The notes under the pieces: generated by a model
What the model saw: only the letters and a program-made list of their open reading frames with translations
Databases searched by the model: none
Told to the model about the DNA's origin: nothing
Assembly: GCF_011386835.1 (NCBI RefSeq)
Contig: NC_088805.1
Coordinates: forward strand, 26,970,001-27,034,000
Direction: 5' to 3'
Length of the DNA: 64,000 nt
From: Chrysemys picta bellii
Lineage: Eukaryota
Program-made: the position numbers and the translations under genes
In this document: one piece after another, positions 24,244 through 36,788 of the stretch
Numbering within the stretch: position 1 is the stretch's first letter
Layout: the number at the start of each line of letters is the position of its first letter

Positions 24244-26371
24244 TGTCCAAGGAGGCCTGCAAGGAGGTCCGAGCCACCTTCTTGCCCTCCTCTACCATGG
24301 CTCCAAACTCTTCCCTGGACTCTTGGGGAATCAACTCCTTAAACTTCCCCATAGAGTTCCAGGAGTTGAAATTGTAGCGGCTCAGTAGCGCCTGTTGGTT
24401 CGCCGCTCTAAGTTGTAGCCCTCCGGCTGAGTAAACCTTACGGCCAAACAGATCGAGCCGCTTAGCCTCTTTTGATTTAGGCGCTGCAGCCTGCTGGCCG
24501 TGGCGCTCTCGTGCATTCACTGATTCCACCACCAGTGAACACGGTTGGGGGTGGGTATACAAGTACCCATAGTCCTTAGAGGGGACAAAGTATTTTCTTT
24601 CCACCCCTCTCGCTGTGGGTGGAATGGAGGCAGGAGTTTGCCATATCGTATCCGCATTCGATTGTATCGTGCGGATCAGAGGTAACGCCACCCTCGATGG
24701 GGCATCTGCTCCAAGGATGTTCACGATCGGGTCGTGCACCTCCACTATCTCCTCCGCCTGCAGGTCCATATTACGGGCCATCCTACGCAGGAGATCCTGG
24801 TGAGCCCGAAGATCTATCGGAGGGGGACCCGTACATGAAGTGCCCGCCACTGCCTCGTCCGGAGAGGAGGAAGAGGATGCCTCCGGTGGTACCGGATCCA
24901 AGGGGGGGTCCTGATCCCCTTGCTCTTGGGCCGGGGCATCACCTGCACTTGGGTCCCTGGTGTCGGGTGGCGTGGACACCGAAGCCTCCATGCCTCCTGG
25001 CGGAGGCCGAGAGATGGTGGATTCTGGGGCCCTTCTGACCGAGTGACCCGAGCGAGAGGTCGATGGTATTGGAGCCCCTTGCTCTTGGTGGTACGCCCAC
25101 GGGGTCCAAAACGACCAGTGAGATGGTCCATGAGAGTGGTCCTCTGCCATCTCTTGCCAGTGGCCGAAATTTTGTTCCTCGGCGTGCCCTTGAGGGGGGT
25201 ATGCCGATCTCGACAGGTCCTCCGAGGAACGAGACACCGATCTAGACGGCCATGGCGGTGCCGAGAGAGATGAAACCATCCCGGTGGGCTGCGGTGCCGC
25301 ACGGTGCCGGTCCGGAGATGATCTATCTCTGCGCGGTGCCGGCGATCGGTGCCGGGATCGCGACCGGTGCCGATGACCTCGTCGGTGCCGGGAGTCGGAT
25401 CTGGACCTCGACGAGGACCTGGAGTATGCCCGGTGCCGGGAGCGACCCCTCGACGTCGAGCGTCGACCGTAGCGGTGCCGAGAGCTACGTCTCGACGTTG
25501 ATCGGTGCCGACGATCATATCGGTGCCGAGACGAAGAGCGGTGCCGCGAAGAAGATCTTGGCCGCGAGTACGACCGGTGCCGAGACGGTATTCGGTGCCG
25601 GGACTGCGAGCGGCGTGGGGACCTGCTTCGGGACCTGGATCGGTGCCGAGGTTCCAGCCCTTGTGATGGCGGGCGCATCAAGGCAGGTTTCCCCCTCGAC
25701 TGGACCGTGCGAGTCAACGGTGCAATCGGTGCCGGTGGTTGAGGCGGTGCCGGCTCCGTGAGAGCTATTAAGTCTCTCGCTGCCGCGAAGGTCTCTGGAG
25801 TCGACGGGAGGCACTGTATCACCGCCGGCCTGGGGGGAGACGCTATCTGCACCGGACTCAACGGCCTCGGCGCCGGAGTCGACGGTGCCGGAGGCACCTG
25901 TTTTCGTTGCTCCACCGGTGGACGCGGCTCTACCCCCGGCACTGGGGGAGCTGGCGTCTTCGGCACTGATGTCCCCGTCTTATGGGCTTTTTTATGCCCT
26001 GGGGATAAGGACCGGCGCCGAGGCACTTGCTGTGTCTGCGGTGCCGACGAGGTCCGGTGCCGGGGAGGCTTGTCTGACGCCACTCGCGTGGTCGTCGCAG
26101 CCGGTGCCGCCGGGGCACTGCGCACCGAGGTGCTAGGTGCCGGGGCCTTGCTCGTGGAAGGAGTGTCCGGGCTAAGAGCCGCCTCCATCAGAAGTTGCCT
26201 GAGCCGAAAGTCCCGCTCCTTCTTGGTTCTCGGACGGAAGGCCTTACAGATTTTACACTTGTCTGTCTGGTGTGACTCTCCCAGGCACTTCAGACAGGAT
26301 TCGTGCGGGTCGCTCGTGGGCATAGGTTTAGCGCAGGAGGCGCACAGCTTGAAGCCGGGAGCGTTGGGCAT
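23852..26371 (-). CDS. DIRS ORF1, gag-like protein (N-terminal Cys/His finger, Pro- and Arg/Ser-rich linker, LAP2alpha-like C-terminal domain)
   Basis: ATG at 26371; CASC...HESCLKCLGESH...CKIC; RS-rich tract; WQTPASIPPT..ERKYFVP and RLDLFGRKVYS segments typical of vertebrate DIRS gag; 839 aa uninterrupted. Confidence 0.88.
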   Translation of the reverse strand: MPNAPGFKLCASCAKPMPTSDPHESCLKCLGESHQTDKCKICKAFRPRTKKERDFRLRQLLMEAALSPDTPSTSKAPAPSTSVRSAPAAPAATTTRVASDKPPRHRTSSAPQTQQVPRRRSLSPGHKKAHKTGTSVPKTPAPPVPGVEPRPPVEQRKQVPPAPSTPAPRPLSPVQIASPPRPAVIQCLPSTPETFAAARDLIALTEPAPPQPPAPIAPLTRTVQSRGKPALMRPPSQGLEPRHRSRSRSRSPRRSQSRHRIPSRHRSYSRPRSSSRHRSSSRHRYDRRHRSTSRRSSRHRYGRRSTSRGRSRHRAYSRSSSRSRSDSRHRRGHRHRSRSRHRSPAPRRDRSSPDRHRAAPQPTGMVSSLSAPPWPSRSVSRSSEDLSRSAYPPQGHAEEQNFGHWQEMAEDHSHGPSHWSFWTPWAYHQEQGAPIPSTSRSGHSVRRAPESTISRPPPGGMEASVSTPPDTRDPSAGDAPAQEQGDQDPPLDPVPPEASSSSSPDEAVAGTSCTGPPPIDLRAHQDLLRRMARNMDLQAEEIVEVHDPIVNILGADAPSRVALPLIRTIQSNADTIWQTPASIPPTARGVERKYFVPSKDYGYLYTHPQPCSLVVESVNARERHGQQAAAPKSKEAKRLDLFGRKVYSAGGLQLRAANQQALLSRYNFNSWNSMGKFKELIPQESREEFGAMVEEGKKVARTSLQASLDIADSAARTLASGIAMRRISWLQVSGLPPELQQTLQDLPFEGHGLFSDKTDSRLQSLKDSRTIMRSLGMHVVGPQRRPFRPQPQRFYPPPPRQRQDSARRRGRGGRRRWTGPQPGQNQGPPRPPSGPRQNF

Positions 26372-26580
26372 GAGCCCGGCCCCGCGGCCGGGGGAGAAAG
26401 GGGGGAGACGACCCCCTTAATCCCCTGGACTACTTAGAACAACTTTAAAACTACTTAACTAATTTACAACAAACTCTAGGACTATAACTATAACTACAAC
26501 TATGATACAACAAGATAAGCTAGGGAAAGTGGAGAACAGCTAAGCAGCGCTCCACAGTTCCAACGACCGTCAGGGGCGGT

Positions 26581-26745
26581 AAGAAGGAACTGAGGGGGCG
26601 CCGGGTCGGCTGGGGTATATATTCAGCGCCATGAAGGCGCCACTCTAGGGGGCTCCACAGCCGACCCGCCGGTGTTGCTAGGGTAAAAATCTTCCGACGA
26701 TCGTGCACGCGGCGCGCGCACACCTAATGGAATGGATATGAGCAA
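26581..26745. repeat. DIRS 5' inverted terminal repeat core (165 bp) with TATA-like GAATATATACCCC
   Basis: Identical inverted copy of 20562-20726. The element 5' end reads TTCTTCTTCGAGTG on minus from 26760. Confidence 0.95.
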
Positions 26746-27295
26746 GCACTCGAAGAAGAATGTTTTGTCTCTGTAATCCTGACTTTGTTCTAGTGCAGCA
26801 TTTTATGCAGCATCCTCTGGTTCTGAAACATAACACTGAGAAGAGTCTCAATGAGTTAAGCATATGGAGCAACTTAAAGTGTGTTCCTACCCTGAGAAGT
26901 GACTAAAAATGGCATTCTGTGTTTCCAAATGTATTATGTCTCTTTGCCTTCAGCTCAAAAGTGCTCAGTTCATAAGTTAAAAGGTGATCTAATTGCCGCC
27001 TTGCAGATGCCACCTGCACTCAGGGTCAAGTCTTTCTTTCTCATGCATACTGCTAGCAAGAGATTCTCCAAGCCAAATAATCTGCAACTTCAACTGTCTT
27101 CAAAAATGAAGTCCTAGTTATACATGTAATTGTACTGAAATATAATGGAGTTGTTCAGATAGTTGAGGGCAGAATCTTTACTAATGAAAATACAAGAGAA
27201 GGGAAAGAACCCAGCTTGACCCTCGGATTCCAAGGTGAGTTTGTAGGACAGGCAATTAGGAAACACTTGTAAACGGAGAAAATAAGAGCTTAAAG

Positions 27296-27490
27296 CAGTA
27301 GTTTCCAAACTGTGGAGCATTTCCCTCCTGGGGGAGAGGGAAAAGCGGGGCGCAGAGGAACGTTCGGAGCAGGTGCGGCAGGGCTCAGGCCAGCCCCCAT
27401 GGGGAACGCCCCTCAGCCCTGCTCTGCCCACAACCCTGGCCTCTGCTCTCAGCTCCGAGGGGGGAGTGACAAAAAGTTTGGAGACCACTG
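27296..27490. mobile_element. hAT MITE with perfect 8-bp target-site duplication GCTTAAAG
   Basis: TIRs CAGTAGTTTCCAAACT / AGTTTGGAGACCACTG (14/16); GCTTAAAG at 27288-27295 and 27491-27498. Confidence 0.9.
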
Positions 27491-27919
27491 GCTTAAAGTA
27501 AGTAACTGAAGCACAATACACAATTTCCCCAGTGCGATTTTTATGAATTACTTTTTCCAGAACCAAAATTTAAAGAGTCTCAGATACTATGTTGATGAGA
27601 ACTATAGGTAGTTTGAGAAATATATGTATTCTGCACCACAACATTAGCATTAATTGCAAAAGACCAGCCTGAATGGTACCTTACTAAAAACTTATAATCA
27701 AGTGTCTATGTATAGATCAGCCACCAGAAGCACCAAGAACAAATAACTTTTAGTCCAGACTCTGCTGGGGGAGTGATGCCAGGGGGTGAGGGAATTTAAG
27801 AACCCAAAGGATGCTCCTAATTTTGGTCCCCTGGATATCTCGCACAACTTGCTGTTGCTAAGCCATTGAGTCAGACCACATCTATTAATTCAGAAAAAGC
27901 TTCTGAAGTGTTATATTTA

Positions 27920-28297
<378 letters not shown>

Positions 28298-28459
28298 CTA
28301 CAGAAGCAAAGCAAGAAATGAGCAAATTTGTTCTCCATCACAGAATCATTTCACACAAGATAAGAAAGCAGTCCATCTCCAAAACTGATAACACTAGGCA
28401 CACTTTATGCTCATGGTTCAGCTACAATTAGTCTAAGCACAACTTCAAGAGTCATGTTA

Positions 28460-28627
<168 letters not shown>

Positions 28628-28698
28628 CTATGAAGGAGACATTATTAACATTTCATTCAGATTGCAACAACAACATAACTGAAATCACATACGGTTTA

Positions 28699-28878
<180 letters not shown>

Positions 28879-29072
28879 TTATTACTGCTATAAAAACCTT
28901 GGTCTTTGGCAAGTCACCACAGTGAAATTTCAAGTGATACAATGATTGGAAACAATACTTAGCAGATCTTGTTGCAGTTCATAATGAAAAAAAACAAAGA
29001 AATGAGTTTCTCCAAAATGTCAGATTTCACCAATCTTTTTTCCTCATCTTAAAAGGAAAACCGTTTTTGCCA

Positions 29073-29528
29073 CAGTAAAAGCTGTGTTATCCAGCACTTT
29101 ACCAACCAGAAAGCTCTATTGGGACAAGGGAGGGGGTGTGGGGTGCCGGATCCGGGTGGTGCTCACCTCGGGCAGCTCCCTGCAAGTGGCAACATATCCC
29201 TGCTACTTCTAGGCAGAGGTGCGGTTAAGTGGCTCTGCACACTGCCCCATCCCGTCTCGAGCGCTGGCTCTGCAGCTCCCAGTGGCCTGTCTAGGCGTGC
29301 CTCCACCTAGGAGCAGCAGGGACATGTCGCTGCTTGCGGGGAGCTGCCCAAGGTGAGTGCCACCCAGATCCAGTACCCCCCTCCCATGTCGCAACCCCGT
29401 CTCCTCCTGCACCCAAACTCCCTCCCCCTCTTAGTTAACCGGATTCCCCCCCCCCTACACACACATATTGTTTAAACTTACCAGCACCTCCCATTCTCCC
29501 AACATGCTGGATAACAAAGCTTTTACTG
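29073..29528. mobile_element. Tc1/mariner (Tigger-like) MITE with GC-rich interior
   Basis: 24-bp TIRs CAGTAAAAGCTGTGTTATCCAGCA / TGCTGGATAACAAAGCTTTTACTG (23/24). The expected TA flanks are not preserved (CA / GA). Confidence 0.75.
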
Positions 29529-29910
29529 GATTTTCCTAATTTATATTTGCAATGTATCATTTCAAGATAGAGATTTAGGACAAGCAGGAAAGCCTAGCAA
29601 CAGTGCCCTCTACATTGTTAAGGAGGAGACAGGTCTGAGTTCCAAGTTAGTCTCACTCTTAACTCAAGTTGCTCAACAAAGGTCCTCTCTAGCCAAATAA
29701 GGAGTGGCATTAACTGTTTCTTAAGGGACTAAGTGGTCTCCCTTAACCAGAAGAATAATGGTTATAACATTGTGCTTTATAGGTGTTTATATGGGAAATA
29801 GAATAGGAAGTCACTAACACCCTGAGAGTTTGCTCAAAAAATGTGAGGCACCTCCCAACTTTGGGGAAAGATACAAAGTAAATTTAGACAAGAACAAGCA
29901 TTTAACTTCA

Positions 29911-30114
<204 letters not shown>

Positions 30115-30912
30115 CTATGCTCTTACATTTCACCCATTTTTTCCTTAGTTAATCCCTCTATATACTGAATGATAGAAAACAACGCAAATTCATTGTTTAG
30201 TGAAGATTCTGAAGCAATGGTTCTCTCTCAGTTATAAGACGTGGCATTACAGAATCTGCACGAAAGAAACATTCTATCCTGAAAAATGCAAGGCAGAGTT
30301 AAAAATGAGAGCACTGTACCGTTAAACTAGGCTTTAAATAAGGAGTATGGATACAAATTTCTGGATTTTATTTTATGCTCCTCTTTTCATAAGGACTTAT
30401 GTTTTAGTGACATATTTCACCATTTTATGTTCCCACAAGGGCTCACTATGGCAACAGATTTTTGTTGTTGTTTCTTCCCTGTGTCACTCAGTTTTTAAGA
30501 TACAATCTACATTTATGGTGTTAAATAAGATAGGAGCAAGGAATGGGTCTAAGAGTTCACAGCTTAAGATAGACAAGACCAAAGACAAGAACAGCTATGG
30601 ATCAAAAGTTCAGATAAAAGAAGGTGTGGGAGTATTGATGGAAACAAGCGTTGGAAGGATTCCCGGAAGTACTGTTATAAGGAAGAACTTGAAGGAGAAG
30701 AGAGGGTGCTTGTTAAATAAGCAGAAGGAGGAGATTTGAAGCTTAGGGGCAAAAAGAGTAAAAGTAAAAAAGGTGAGAGTTTGAAAAGGAGATAAGCAAG
30801 TGTGGGAAAAAGGATGATGATTATTAACAGGTTTTACTATGGCTTTTGGAGTACACACACACACCCCCACCCACCCACCCCTCATATATATTAATGATTT
30901 ACCTTTACAAGT

Positions 30913-31030
30913 ATTATCCCCATTTTACAGTAAGAAAATGGAGGAACTGAGTTTAAGTGATTTGTAGGAGGTCCCACAGGAAATCTATAGCAGTGCTGGG
31001 AACAGAACACACAGATTGGACAGGGACTCT
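30913..31030 (-). mobile_element. MIR/CORE-SINE-like fragment
   Basis: ATTATCCCCATTTTACAG...GAAAATGGAGG...AAGTGATTTG resembles the inverted CORE segment. Confidence 0.55.
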
Positions 31031-31696
31031 CTCCTGTCACTTCTTTAATCACAAGACTATCCTCTTTTCTATTTCTAGTTTCCAGTAGAGAGAAATTATT
31101 TGCTTTCCAGGAGTGACCCACTCCTGATTATGGACATTAGCACCCAAACAGTTTCACGGTGGTATATGACATTAATAAGATTAATTTTGCAAATGTTAAC
31201 TTCATATATTAGAGCTACATCCCCTCTTTACTTTTCACGCTTAGATATTCACGTTAGAATGGTATTACTTATAGAGACTTATTTTATACAACATCAGCAT
31301 ACCTCTAGATTAGCATGAAATAATTATTGAGGCATTATGACAACTACTGCTGGTACTTTTTTTTTTTTTTTTTTTTTATAAGCCAGTGAATACTGACTAC
31401 CCCCTAAACAGAGGCTGTCCACCAGCATGGGTCCATTTTTCTCCTGTGTACTTCAATTGGAAAACAGACTACTGCTACATAGTACAACGTTTACTGTAAA
31501 CATACAGCAAATGTAGCTACATAGCAAGCTTTTTCCCAGTTATTTTGTAGTATTATAAATTATACAAATACTGGAACCTGTTGCTGTATACCATATAAAT
31601 AACTAGAAGTCCATATTAAAAAAAAAAAAAAAAGAATCTAAATGTAAGGTATCATCCCTTGTTAAATATTTTGTATATTAAGTTACAGCTACAAGC

Positions 31697-31697
<1 letters not shown>

Positions 31698-31728
<31 letters not shown>
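31698..31728. repeat. (AC)n microsatellite
   Basis: About 15 uninterrupted AC units. Confidence 0.95.
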
Positions 31729-31730
<2 letters not shown>

Positions 31731-33541
31731 TAACAAGAATTTGTGTTAATTACTTCAAATTCTCTCAGCCCTCCTAATTTTCATCTCATTTTACCTGTCA
31801 TAGGTTATGCTCTTTTCTATTGTCTTCATTTGGGTTGGATTTCTATTTTCTGAGGATAACTGTTTGGATAACCTCTGGAACCTTGTCATTTAACAGTACT
31901 GTTTTTTCTTGCCTTACTCTTCCCTGTGTTTCTGAGACTCAGTCATGGTGTGCACAAGTAGCCTCTGTGCAGAGTCTAGGGCACTTTCAATTTCTCCCTT
32001 TGAAATCTCCTTCACTAATCTAAGAGCCTAAAGTCAAATGTGAGTAATTTAAAGTTCGGAGTCAAAGTGACAGTTTTGGGCATGATCACTCCCTCAAGGA
32101 TAGTGAAGGTGTGCATAGGCCATATACACGGGTGCAGAGTGAAGTGAACAGAATAAGGTTTCATCAGAAATGGTATGGGGCCAACAGAGAAACAAGAGGA
32201 GTATTACATTTTAATATTTTGGCTGCATAGTCAATTCCATTAGAAAAACTGGTTCTAACTGATTCTACTGTTCCAATAGAAAACATATATGTTGCTTTTG
32301 AATTCATACTTTCAATGAATTTTTATAATTTTTTTGAGCTTTCTGAAAGCGCTAACGTGTTTCCTGAGATAGAGAAACTTCATGAAGTACCAAGACTTGT
32401 TTTTTGTTACTTACTATAAATTAGGTCATTTGTGTTTACATGTACATTTACTTTCATAAGTGCCTCCTTCCATCCACCTACATGGAAAATAATGGTTTCC
32501 TAGCCCTTAAAACAACAAAACAAAACCCCAAAAAACTAATTCTCGACTTACAGAGGAATGATTTTATTATTTTGATGTACTGGAGAATTATTTGCTTTAA
32601 AAATATTTTAAATCCAAGGTGAAGTCAGTCAGTTATTGATCCAAATGATTATAAACCACACACCCCACACAAACAAGCAAACAAAAAACCCAGTGGACTG
32701 AATGACTAAATCCACTCCAAGCAAAGATGAAGATCATCAATTTGCCTTAAGGACCTGAGGATTCAACTACCAGAATTTTTTATGGCAAGGTGACATACTG
32801 TAGCACTATGAAATGTACAAGCACAGTATCCTACACGAGCTCAAGGACTCTAAGTAAACAGAATATGGAATTACGACTATAATTTTATTTTATTAATAGG
32901 GCCTGACATCAGTCATCAATTTATGTTAACATTCCATCTTCACTGACTGGTATTGGGTAAGTGTAAATAGATAGGTACATGAAGATTCCTTATATGAAAA
33001 GGAAATTGCTACAAAGTCTTTTGGATGGCCCAAAATAACCTATTTCTTGACATGGAAATTTCAAGTCTTATTTGCAATTAACTTTTAAACAAAAAAGAAA
33101 ATTTACAGAATTAATAATTCTAAATATTGAGAACTCTATTCACTGCTATGAGGATTATCATTATGGACATTGCTAAAAACCTATTGACTTTTTGGAGCAA
33201 CATATGCCAAACCTCAAACTGTAAAGAGATGTTTAAAGTATATATTTCAACTCATTGTATAGGGAAATTTTGTAAATAAATCCTCATAAATTTAAATATA
33301 TCTGAAAAAGCATACCCTTCCCCCGCCCAAGAAGGAGTTATTTATTACAGCTCCTTTTCTCAATTTTTCTCTAATGAAAGATATTTTCTCTCTGGGGTGC
33401 GATCCTAGGATTCTCAGAATTCTAAGGATGAAAAAAAAAAAAAAAATCTCCATCCCACTAGTGTAACCTTATGTTTATTAACATTTCCACTGGAGACAAT
33501 AAAGCTATCAGCCTTTTCAAAAAAAAGTCAGTGGTTTAGAG

Positions 33542-33651
33542 CAGTGTTTAATCTTTTTGATATCAGGGACTGGCTTGCTGCCTTCCTAAACTGTGTCAAA
33601 AAAATCTCAGTGACCAGAGCCAGTCCATGGACCAGTTGTTGAGAAACTCTG
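33542..33651. mobile_element. Short hAT MITE with near-perfect 8-bp target-site duplication
   Basis: Ends CAGTGTTT ... GAGAAACTCTG; flanks GTTTAGAG (33534-33541) and GTTTACAG (33652-33659), 7/8 identical. Confidence 0.7.
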
Positions 33652-34091
33652 GTTTACAGCGTACAACTTTAGAAAAAGACCAAAGCTACTGTAGATACAT
33701 AGTAAGGGACCAATCCTTAAGCACTGATCTACAGAGTTCAAAGGGTACTGCAGGTCCTGAGCATCTATTCAAATTTGTCTTGAAAAAGGTGAATTCCAGA
33801 ACAGAGAGCAACCCAAAGAGTCAATGAATTCCTCAACTGTCCTCATAGGGGGCAATACTATTTGAGAGATTACAAGAATTTAAGATTTAAGTTTAAAACA
33901 GGTGACTATAACTTCCATAAAGGAATGGGAATGTAGGTCCCATGCAGCATCATTGAAAGATACTTATTAAACTACTAAAATCTTTTTTTTTTTTTTTTTG
34001 AAATCTAAATCTAAATCTAGAAAGCTTTCAACAAGAGAAATACCACAACCCTAATTCATCATTTCTGGAAGATTAGTTGTCAAGTGAACGA

Positions 34092-34096
<5 letters not shown>

Positions 34097-34123
<27 letters not shown>
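34097..34123. repeat. (AAAT)6 microsatellite
   Basis: Read directly from the sequence. Confidence 0.9.
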
Positions 34124-34365
34124 ATGTATATTTTAAGGATGCTTCATTAGATTTAGACTTTGCAGAATTTAACTTCCTTTCAGTAAGTTTTATTCTAGGC
34201 TAAAACAGGTCGTCTCTAACCTCAAATTTATATACACAATGGTTGAGAAACTCTGATACATTAACAAATGTTATCAGATACTTTAATATACTGAGCTGCC
34301 TATCAGTATGTACATGTACAACCAATGGATAAATTGGCAGACATTTAACATGAATGAAGCACTTA

Positions 34366-34488
<123 letters not shown>

Positions 34489-36788
34489 TTAGTATAATCA
34501 GACACTAAATTTAAATGGACTGAAATCAGTTTGAATTTGTCACATTATATATACATAAGACAAAATTTAAGAAGGAGCAATCCGTTCACAGAAAAGCTAA
34601 GACAGGCAGAAAGGATAGATACCAATTCTAAAATTCATCCTTGACAACATAATTTTATTTGCTCCAGATATTTAACCATGTGTGCATGCAACACTACTCT
34701 GTTATGTAAGCCAGGATTGTTAGTCTATCAACTGTGGTAACAGTGGAGCACGTTGATCAAAAGGGCTAAAAGTGACTGTCCCAATTCGAACTGCCTGACC
34801 TAGTCATGTACCCAGGTGATAATTCTAATTCTAGCAGATCTTTCTGGAGGTATGTTCCTAGGCTTCAGATACATACAATTCAGATATTAATTTTCTATGA
34901 ATTTGTTAAAAGCACAGTAGTCCCAAGGCAAGAAAAAAATAACCAGTTTGAAGACCGGAGTGGATTTATCTGTACAGACCATATCAGGTAAGATAGAATC
35001 ACAAAGTACTTCAGAGCAGTAAAGTCTGCTTCTAGATATCAGAGACCAAGAGAATATAGGTAATGTCCCACTCCAGGGAAGTGACCCTTTCCTATGAGCC
35101 TTTGAGTAAGAGCATTCCTATCTTCAGTTTTTTACTAAAGAAATTTGTTTCCAGTGTATTACTGTTTTGGAGGGCATTCAAATAGCTCAAGTACCCCTGC
35201 AACATATAATGGAGCGTAATTTCTAAAGTAGAGAATAAACTAGTGTTTGAGGAATGCAGATGCTCCCCCACCTCAGTCATCTGCATCCTTTAATCCTGTT
35301 TCCACAGCAGAGGAGCCACAGGCAGAACCAAAAATCAGATAAGGGGTCAAAAATCTAGTGCTTGAAGTTCTGATATTCCAAAATGACAAATGCCTTTTGA
35401 TAAACTACCCAGCTGATAGAGTGGCCATGGTGGAGAAACAAGAATCATTCTTTTATAGATCTGAAGTAATAGTATAGCATTGTGGAAAAATGTGATTGTA
35501 ATTGGTTACATAATATATTACATAATTGGCACCATTATATGAACCAGTCACAAACTTTCCCACAAAGTCATGCCGTTACATATATGACAGAGAAACAGGA
35601 CATTGCCTGCTTAACTGTTTTTAATCTAAAAACAGAGTCATGTTTCGGTAATGCCTCGCTTTTACTTTATCTACTCTACACTGCATTTTAGTTAAGCCTC
35701 TAATCCCATTGGTAGAAAAAACTGAAGTCTTAATAACAAGATAGTCAATAACTGCTCTTCATGATGGCTGAAAATTTTACAAAATACTTAAAATTCAGAA
35801 GGCAGACAGGTGGGTGAATTTGAAAGTCACTCCAGAGAATATGAAACTGCATCAGACTGAAAAGACAGTAACTCTTGTCCTAAATCTGTCATACAAACCT
35901 TTAAATTCCTACAAACATGTACAGGCTACAACTCAGCAACAGCACACTATATAGAAGATATAAATCTCACATGGAATTACCATGGCAAAGGCTTCTTGAA
36001 AAGCTAAGCATAGTGCCTCCTTAAGTGAAGTCAGAGGTAGCCGTACCACTTGTTTGCCATACTTTAATGTAGACAAGTTTCAGTTGCAAAATTTTAATGA
36101 TTTTGATTCTTCTGAAAACATGAATGAATCATGGTGCATAGGATCCAAAACACTCCGCTTTCTAAATATCAGAAAGGACTCATATTGCATTCCAAAAGAA
36201 ACCTTTATAAATGAATCTGAAAGTATCTGGATGTTCTTAAGAACATGGAAGCGCTCTGCTTTTTGGCACCTGAGTGATGAAATGACCCCTATGAAGGCTA
36301 GGGCAGTTATGCAATACCACTGCAAGTAACCTCCTCCAGAATACTAATGAGCAGCTGCTTTGTCTCTACACTACAATACTTAACTCTGTGTAAGACTAGC
36401 AATCTTGTTAAAAAGGAAAGAAGAAAAACCTGCCATTAATCAAGTGAGAATAAATAAATAGAATAATGTTTAAGAGTTTCTGGATTTTTGGGGGGGAAGG
36501 GGAGGTTCCCCAAATCTTTATAGCACATTTATACATTTAAAATTCTGGTCTGGTACAGTAATTTTGAACAGTATTTGAGGTCATGTAATGCAGCCAGCAC
36601 AGTAGCTCTAATATCTGATAATCACTTAACTACCCTTCAAGATTAGAAATATCTTCATCAGAATCAGAAACGTATCAACTTGTAAAATACTATTTCCAGT
36701 AAATTCCTGTTCAGAATTCCAAGTGGCAGGGCTGCATGAAAGATTGGAAATTGAACATGCAGCACAATAATACGCAGTTATGGTATAC

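Larger units (their letters stand above)
20517..26760 (-). mobile_element. Full-length DIRS1-like tyrosine-recombinase retrotransposon in ATP2A2 intron 13
   Basis: Inverted terminal repeats, an internal complementary region and three intact overlapping ORFs (gag, RT/RH/MT, YR). GC- and CpG-rich against AT-rich flanks, with no long target-site duplication. Confidence 0.96.

Noticed and set aside
25255-26112. CRISPR-like reading of the recurring CGGTGCCG motif
   Set aside because: The unit is only 8 bp, spacing is irregular, it lies within a eukaryotic retroelement ORF, and there are no cas genes.
24615-26420. Plus-strand ORFs antisense to DIRS gag (for example 220 aa at 25758-26420 and 169 aa at 25252-25761)
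   Set aside because: Expected shadow ORFs in very GC-rich repetitive coding sequence; no domain signal.
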